Assembly: GCA_037446635.1 (NCBI GenBank)
Contig: JBBIIG010000044.1
Location: forward strand, 1-20,227
Source of the DNA: a bacterium
Lineage (GTDB): Bacteria > Zhuqueibacterota > Zhuqueibacteria > Oceanimicrobiales > Oceanimicrobiaceae
Direction: 5' to 3'
DNA: 20,227 bases
Position numbers and translations under genes: made by a program. Shown piece by piece: positions 15,126 through 20,227 of this stretch. Numbering within the stretch: position 1 is the first letter of the stretch; each line of letters starts with the position of its first letter. The notes below the pieces were generated by a model that ran no database searches, was not told the origin of the DNA, and worked only from the letters and a program-made list of their open reading frames with translations.

Positions 15126-15646
15126 GGATTAATGGATTAATGGATCAATGGATCAATGTTGTTTTTGGATTCGTAAATGCCTTCGTCGTCGGAGATTCGA
15201 TTTGACCATGTTCCGGATTCTTTCTTCTTCTCCAAGCTTTCTACTAATTTCAAAAGTCTGTTTTCCACTTCATAATGAAGTAAATCAATTTTCTTAAATT
15301 GCTCTTGAGTGATCTGATCTGTTTCTTTCAGGCCAATGGCTCGGCTCAGTGTCTCTGAAAGTGAGGACAAGGCAATAAACAAGAATTGCAGATACTCGTT
15401 TATTGAACGGCGACTGTAGCCTTCTGAAATGTTCGACGAAACCGATTGCGCCGCATCAGCGATTTGGGCGCGTAACTTAAAATCTACCTTGTTTTCTTTA
15501 TAAACAACTTTCCAAATCAGCTTGAACAACTCGATGGACTTCTGCCAAACCTCAAGCTTCATATATCCCCGATTCATATTGCGAAGCTGTGTATATTCAC
15601 TCATCGCTCCTCCCATTGATCCACCGATCCATTAATCCATTGATCC
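15126..15646 (-). mobile_element. Putative cassette: four-helix-bundle gene enclosed by inverted 8-mer tandem-repeat arms
   Basis: GGATTAATGGATTAATGGATCAATGGATCAATG (15126-15158) and CATTGATCCACCGATCCATTAATCCATTGATCC (15614-15646) are reverse complements at 30/33 positions. The interior is AT-rich. Mobility is inferred. Confidence 0.6.
15137..15604 (-). CDS. Four-helix-bundle protein (23S rRNA IVS protein-like; 155 aa)
   Basis: GYMKLEVWQKS...LRAQIADAAQSVSSNISEGYSRRSINEYLQFLFIALSSLSET is the classic family motif. GGAGG RBS precedes ATG 15604. The last codons (IDPLIH) come from the repeat arm. Confidence 0.9.
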   Translation of the reverse strand: MSEYTQLRNMNRGYMKLEVWQKSIELFKLIWKVVYKENKVDFKLRAQIADAAQSVSSNISEGYSRRSINEYLQFLFIALSSLSETLSRAIGLKETDQITQEQFKKIDLLHYEVENRLLKLVESLEKKKESGTWSNRISDDEGIYESKNNIDPLIH

Positions 15647-15665
15647 AACATTCCGTCAACTCAGC

Positions 15666-17123
15666 TCATTTGGCAACGGCGAGCGCAAACAACGTCGACC
15701 GGTTGGTGACATAAAGCACGCCGTTTTTTGCCACTGGCGTGGTGTACACCGCCGAGCCCATGTTGACTTCGTGCAGCAGTTCCAGAGTTTTGCCGGCTTT
15801 CAAAATCGCCACGTCGCCGTCTTCATCGCCGATGTAGACTTTGCCATCCACGACGTACGGGGAGCCCCAGACCGCCGCGAACAGATCGTGCGTCCAGTAA
15901 TGCTGGCCGGTGTTGGCATCGAGGCAGTAGAGGAAGCCGCTCAAATCGGCGGCGTAAAGTAAGCCGTCATGAATGGCGACGGTGGAAATGGTGCGATGGA
16001 AATCCTCGCCGCCGCGGTGCCAGACCACTCCGCTTTCGGTAATGTCGCCTTTTTGGGTGGCATCGATGCACCACAAATGGCCGATGCTTTCGCCGTGTTC
16101 CGGATCCTGCCCCACGCCGATATAAACTTTATTTTCCCAAATTACCGGGGTGGCGATAAGGTTATTGCGGGTGCCAGCGCCGCCCAATTCCCACACGGCA
16201 TCTTTAGGATTGCAGTCGAATTTCCAAATCAGCTCGCCGGTTTCCGGGACGAACGAATAGAGCCAGCCGTTGCCGCCCGGAAAAATCACCTGCGGCTGCC
16301 CGTTGATGACCGCGTACGCCGGATTCGACCACTGGCCGTGCAAAAGCTCTGCACTAGGAGTAGCATCTTCCCAAACCAGCCCGCCGGTGTTTTTGTTGAC
16401 GGCGATGAAACTCGGTGCATCCGGCGACGGAATGTTAATGTGGCTTTCATCGACGCCGTTGCCGGTGACCGTGAAAACCAGATCGCCGATCACCAGCGGC
16501 GAGCACACCGCGAGGTTGTGCGGAAAAACATCCAGCTCATCGATCATGTCATAAATCCAAACAAAGTCAGCATCGATGTTCGAGGTGTCCATTTCACTCT
16601 TATACGGGCCGTCATTTTCGCCATCGAGGAAGCCCTCGGTATCGGCGCACACTAGTTGTGCACGGTTCGAAACATAATAAAGACGATCGCCCTCCACGAA
16701 CGGACTCGAACATATTCCCTGCTGCGGCCAGTCGTTCACGCGTCCGCTTTCTAATTTGTTGTGCACTGCCTGCCACAGAAACTGGCCGTCGCTTTCGCGG
16801 AACGCCATCACCACGCCCTTATCGCCTTTGAACTTGGGATTGCGCAGAGCTTCGTTGTTGGTGCCAACAAAAATTTTTCCGCCTGCAACTACCGGGTTGC
16901 CGTAGGTCTGCGAACCCAACTGCGCCGTCCATTTTATGTTCAAACCGGATGCGGGATCCCATTCCGCCGGAATGCCCTTCTCGTCCGAAATCATATTGCG
17001 CGCCGGCGTGCCGCCCCACATCGCGACGTCGCGGTTGACGTAAAAACCAATCGTTGAAAGCACGCCCACAGCAACAATCATTCTCAGTGCTGAAACGGCT
17101 TTACCTTTATGAATGAATTTCAT
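15666..17123 (-). CDS. Exported or membrane-anchored PQQ-like beta-propeller repeat protein (485 aa)
   Basis: Hydrophobic N-terminus, MWGGTPARNM, Trp-docking repeats and an acidic insert DTEGFLDGENDG. It starts 3 nt after the upstream stop. Confidence 0.88.
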   Translation of the reverse strand: MKFIHKGKAVSALRMIVAVGVLSTIGFYVNRDVAMWGGTPARNMISDEKGIPAEWDPASGLNIKWTAQLGSQTYGNPVVAGGKIFVGTNNEALRNPKFKGDKGVVMAFRESDGQFLWQAVHNKLESGRVNDWPQQGICSSPFVEGDRLYYVSNRAQLVCADTEGFLDGENDGPYKSEMDTSNIDADFVWIYDMIDELDVFPHNLAVCSPLVIGDLVFTVTGNGVDESHINIPSPDAPSFIAVNKNTGGLVWEDATPSAELLHGQWSNPAYAVINGQPQVIFPGGNGWLYSFVPETGELIWKFDCNPKDAVWELGGAGTRNNLIATPVIWENKVYIGVGQDPEHGESIGHLWCIDATQKGDITESGVVWHRGGEDFHRTISTVAIHDGLLYAADLSGFLYCLDANTGQHYWTHDLFAAVWGSPYVVDGKVYIGDEDGDVAILKAGKTLELLHEVNMGSAVYTTPVAKNGVLYVTNRSTLFALAVAK

Positions 17124-17126
17124 GGG

Positions 17127-19346
17127 TTACTTGCTCCTCGTAATTTTGATGTTGTCAAAATAGATAGTGGTGACAGCGTCGCCGTGGAGGGCGGGGCTGC
17201 CGTTGCGATTCGGCATCGGGTCTTCGACTGTAATCGTCCACTCGCCCGGCTCCTGTTGATCGCGCGGACACACCTTGCCTCTGACGATCGCTTTGCTGCC
17301 TTCGTAATCGACTTGCATTTTCATGGTGTACCAGCTTTCGGGATTCCAGCTAAAATCGATCTCCTTCAAAATTCGCAGTTCGGCGGGCCAGTCGCGGATT
17401 TGCAGCTTCTGCTTTTTGGTTTGAAAATCGAGATAGTAGCGATTGTTGATGACGCCGAAATCCGGGCTGCGGCGTTTTTCCTGCGTGCCCTTCACATCGG
17501 CTTGAATGACGTAGCCGGTCATCTCGGGCCGGCCGAGATACAAATTGTGGCGCGTCAGCAAGCGCTCGGGCTTTTCCTTGGCCAACACTTTTCCACCCTC
17601 AAAATCCACCACTCTGAATTTTGAAGCGCCCGGCCACAGCGGTGGATTTTTGTCTAACTCAAAATTTTCGAAGTCGTAACTCCACGGCAGATCGACTTGC
17701 ACGGCAACGCGCGACTTCGATTCCAGCTCGCCGACTTTCGCCACCACGTATCCCGCTTGGTTGCCGGCAGATTTGTCGGGGGTGAATTTACCCTTCGCGT
17801 CAACCGTGCCTTTCAACCCGGCAACGGAGAAGGTTGCCGGCTTTTCGCCCAAGAATCGGCCTTTGTCATCGAACGCCCGAACTTTGAATTGAATGTTCTG
17901 ATTCGCATAAATCCATTTTTCCGAAGGCACAATTTGGATGTGGGCCACCGGCGCGTTAGCATCCGGCTTCTCCTCCGTTAGCTCAGGCGGAGCGCTGGAT
18001 TTATGATTGGAACTCGCGCCTTTTTTCCCAAGGCAATACAAACCCTCTTCGGTGGTGAAATAAATTTTGCCGTAAGCGATGGCAGCCGAGCCGTAAATTT
18101 CGGCTTTGCGTTTGGCATCGAAGTCGATGCTCTTGCTGTCGAGCGCTTTGGCGGAAGTATCGCCGGGCTGAATGATGTGAAAGCCGCCGTTGACCTCGGT
18201 GGCGAAAATTTTGCCATCGGCCCACACTGGCGAGCCTTTGCCCACGGTGCCGATGTTGAACGTCCAGAGCTCTTTGCCGGTAGCCGCGTCGAGGGCCATC
18301 AAGTTGCCGGAGTTGGTGACGACGTAAAGCCGGCCGTCGTGAAGCAGCGGCGAAACGTAGCCGGCGCGCACGCCGGGATGGCGCCAGACTTCATGGGTTT
18401 TGGTGATGTCGCCGCGGCCGGTGGCATCGATGCAAAACATCCCGCCCATTTCTGTGGTATCAAAATTTTCTTCGCTGTGGCAAATATAAACTTTATTGCC
18501 ATCGACCACGGGCGACGTGTGAACTGCTTCTTTCGAAAATGAAAACTTCCACAATTCTTCGCCGGTACGAGCTTTCAAGCCATAGAGCGCACCGTCCGCG
18601 CCGCCGACGATCAACTGGCGCACGCCATCGATGATCGCGATCACCGGCACAGAGTAGTTGGTGTTCTTCGGAATGCCGCTGAGTGCGGTCACCCACACCT
18701 GCTCGCCGGTGCGCTTATCATAAGCGGCGAGGCGGTTGCGCTGAGCCAACTGATCGCCCCAGCTATTATTGATGTAATCGACGATGACGAGATCTTCGTC
18801 GATCACCGGCGTGCCGGTGCGGCCGCCGTAGCCGGAGAAGCGATTGAATTCTTCCTCAAACGAAACTTGCCAGAGAATCTTTCCATCTTTGTCGAAACAA
18901 ACAAACCAGCCATCGACGCCAAAGAGATAGACGTTGCCGGTCTCCGGATCGCCAGCGAGATTGCTCCACTCCACACGGGTGAAGGGTACGCTGGTGTGAA
19001 AGACGTTGGCCTTGTGTTCCCAAATCAGCTTGCCGGTTTCGGCGTCGAAGCAGGCGATGTGGCGCTGCATGGTGATGCCCTCGCCGGTGCGGCCGTTCAC
19101 GTAAACCCGACCGTTCATCACAATCGGCGTCGAACGGCTAGTGAAGTTAGCTTTCCACAACAGGTTCTCGCCATCGAGCGACCAGTTGGAAACCAGCCCC
19201 GTTTCATCGGAGACGCCGTTTTGATGCGGGCCGCGCCAACTCGGCCAGTCGCCGGCCTGCGCAGGCAGGCTGGCCACGACGACGCTCACGCCGGCGAGCA
19301 TCAAAGCTAAACGTGAAAAAACAACTCTGATTTTGGATGTCATCAC
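17127..19346 (-). CDS. Exported PQQ-like beta-propeller protein with C-terminal Ig-like and lectin-like beta-sandwich domains (739 aa)
   Basis: Signal peptide ending AQA, then a DWPSWRG propeller of about 440 aa. A low-complexity linker leads to an Ig-like segment (IQIVPSE...FKVRAFDDKG) and a ConA-like tail (WYTMKMQV...YFDNIKIT). Start is GTG 19346 or ATG 19343. Confidence 0.85.
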   Translation of the reverse strand: MMTSKIRVVFSRLALMLAGVSVVVASLPAQAGDWPSWRGPHQNGVSDETGLVSNWSLDGENLLWKANFTSRSTPIVMNGRVYVNGRTGEGITMQRHIACFDAETGKLIWEHKANVFHTSVPFTRVEWSNLAGDPETGNVYLFGVDGWFVCFDKDGKILWQVSFEEEFNRFSGYGGRTGTPVIDEDLVIVDYINNSWGDQLAQRNRLAAYDKRTGEQVWVTALSGIPKNTNYSVPVIAIIDGVRQLIVGGADGALYGLKARTGEELWKFSFSKEAVHTSPVVDGNKVYICHSEENFDTTEMGGMFCIDATGRGDITKTHEVWRHPGVRAGYVSPLLHDGRLYVVTNSGNLMALDAATGKELWTFNIGTVGKGSPVWADGKIFATEVNGGFHIIQPGDTSAKALDSKSIDFDAKRKAEIYGSAAIAYGKIYFTTEEGLYCLGKKGASSNHKSSAPPELTEEKPDANAPVAHIQIVPSEKWIYANQNIQFKVRAFDDKGRFLGEKPATFSVAGLKGTVDAKGKFTPDKSAGNQAGYVVAKVGELESKSRVAVQVDLPWSYDFENFELDKNPPLWPGASKFRVVDFEGGKVLAKEKPERLLTRHNLYLGRPEMTGYVIQADVKGTQEKRRSPDFGVINNRYYLDFQTKKQKLQIRDWPAELRILKEIDFSWNPESWYTMKMQVDYEGSKAIVRGKVCPRDQQEPGEWTITVEDPMPNRNGSPALHGDAVTTIYFDNIKITRSK

Positions 19347-19444
19347 AAACCCTCTCAGTAGTTTGATTAAAAGATTGGCAGAGAATGGCGTAAAAAATCA
19401 ATGCACTTAATACGGCCGAGCCATTTTTTATGTTCCGTAAGCAA

Positions 19445-20107
19445 TCAAGCAAGCTTTAAAATGAAATCAAACGACGCCGCTTTTTGTTCACCGGCGTTCT
19501 TCACTTTCATTAGCAAGGCTGGATTAAAAAGGCGGTCGCTTTTGTTGCGCGGCTCATCCGGAAAGTAGAGCTGCGTCGTCAAAATGCCCTGATTGGGCGC
19601 CTGCACCCGTACATGAAAGTGACGCGTCCGTCCGGGATACGCGCCGGGGACGATGGTTTCGAGCCGGTATTTTCCCTCGGCATCCGTGAATTGATGCCCG
19701 CGCAGCTTGAAACCGCGATTATCGTATTCGCCATTTTCGTTGGCATGCCAAAAATCAACGAGCGCATTCGCCACGGGTTTACCTTGGGTTGTCAACACAA
19801 CGCCGGTGAGGATGATTTTTGTTCCAGAGATGCCCGGCTCGATCAGCGAGGTGCGCAGGGGAGAATTAGGAGTGTAAAACGGGCCGGCGGTTTGCCGCGG
19901 CGTCACATCGTCATCATCCCCGCCTGTCTGCGCGGGCAGGCAGGCGGGCGTTGGCGGCAAGTACGCCGGGCCCACGAACCCAAGCGCGCCGGCGCGGCTG
20001 GCGCCAATGCCAATCACGATGGCGGCCGGAATCACAGCCAGTTCCTTCAGAAACTCGCGCCGGCTGACGTCGGCCGTTTCTTTGTCTCCTTTATTGTTGA
20101 GGTTCAT
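19445..20107 (-). CDS. Tat-exported intradiol ring-cleavage dioxygenase family protein
   Basis: AGGAGG RBS, twin-arginine motif SRREFLK, TAGPFY, VDFWHANENGEYD, LRGHQFTD, and PGAYPGRTRHFH (2 Tyr/2 His iron ligands). Confidence 0.9.
   Translation of the reverse strand: MNLNNKGDKETADVSRREFLKELAVIPAAIVIGIGASRAGALGFVGPAYLPPTPACLPAQTGGDDDDVTPRQTAGPFYTPNSPLRTSLIEPGISGTKIILTGVVLTTQGKPVANALVDFWHANENGEYDNRGFKLRGHQFTDAEGKYRLETIVPGAYPGRTRHFHVRVQAPNQGILTTQLYFPDEPRNKSDRLFNPALLMKVKNAGEQKAASFDFILKLA
19919..19950. repeat. Intragenic mini-palindrome CCCGCCTGTCTGC-gcgg-GCAGGCAGGCGGG, encoding PACLPAQTGG
   Basis: 13-bp stem with one mismatch (19919-19931 with 19936-19948). It shares a 12-mer with 4457-4468. 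Confidence 0.7.
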
Positions 20108-20132
20108 CGTCGCCTCCTACAAAAATTAACAT

Positions 20133-20216
20133 CTCGTTCCACGCGCTGCGTGGAAACGCCAGCGTGATTGCGCAGTTCACTTTCTGCTCCCACACAGAGC
20201 GTGGGCGCGCAGTAAG
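20133..20216. repeat. Pair of REP-like palindromes
   Basis: TTCCACGC-gct-GCGTGGAA (20137-20155) and GCTCCCACACAGAGCGTGGGCGC-GCAGTAAG (20186-20216). The second resembles 1377-1411. Confidence 0.7.
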
Positions 20217-20227
20217 TTTAAATCAGA

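Noticed and set aside
13624..15604. Diversity-generating retroelement suggested by Avd-like four-helix bundles
   Set aside because: No reverse transcriptase and no template/variable repeat pair with adenine-specific mismatches were seen.
13624..15604. 23S rRNA gene with intervening sequence
   Set aside because: The flanks are protein-coding genes. No rRNA or tRNA sequence was recognised anywhere in the window.
1354..15616. ORF-track N-terminal extensions (starts at 1441, 2819, 4167, 8252, 14031, 15616)
   Set aside because: They read through repeat elements. Downstream ATGs have an RBS and/or give family-typical N-termini.
1482..19346. Calling the propellers bamB or classical PQQ alcohol/glucose dehydrogenases
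   Set aside because: There is no lipobox or der/yfgM context. The propeller domains are shorter than MDH/ADH quinoproteins and lack the vicinal Cys-Cys motif. No pqq genes are in the window.
19347..19444. Sigma70 promoter (TTGATT on the minus strand)
   Set aside because: No convincing -10 element at the right spacing.
332..20167. Long plus-strand ORFs (for example 332-1258, 1665-2651, 4306-5211, 15969-16655)
   Set aside because: They are antisense shadows of GC-rich minus-strand genes with no recognisable motifs.

Overview
All credible genes lie on the minus strand and read as one operon-like cluster, probably from a Gram-negative bacterium (TonB receptor, Sec/Tat signals). In transcription order: Tat-exported intradiol-dioxygenase-family protein; two exported PQQ-like/BamB-like beta-propellers; four-helix-bundle gene; EhpF/GriC-like truncated adenylating enzyme; second four-helix-bundle gene; GriD/EhpG/LuxC-like reductase of ALDH fold; DUF4153-like membrane protein; iron-containing alcohol dehydrogenase; third propeller; HemN-like radical SAM enzyme; propeller-esterase fusion; two tandem propeller paralogues; and a TonB-dependent receptor interrupted by an in-frame stop at the window edge. 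Two systems stand out. (1) A cytoplasmic carboxylate->aldehyde->alcohol plus radical SAM module is interleaved with six exported propellers. It looks like a small-molecule or cofactor pathway I cannot assign to a known product. (2) Each AT-rich four-helix-bundle gene is enclosed by its own inverted pair of short tandem-repeat arms (7-mer or 8-mer), and gene-less hairpin copies of both arm families sit at other gene junctions. This suggests an IVS-like or MITE-like cassette family. REP-like palindromes fill other junctions, and two mini-palindromes appear to be inserted in frame inside genes. Family assignments come from motif recognition only; no searches were run.
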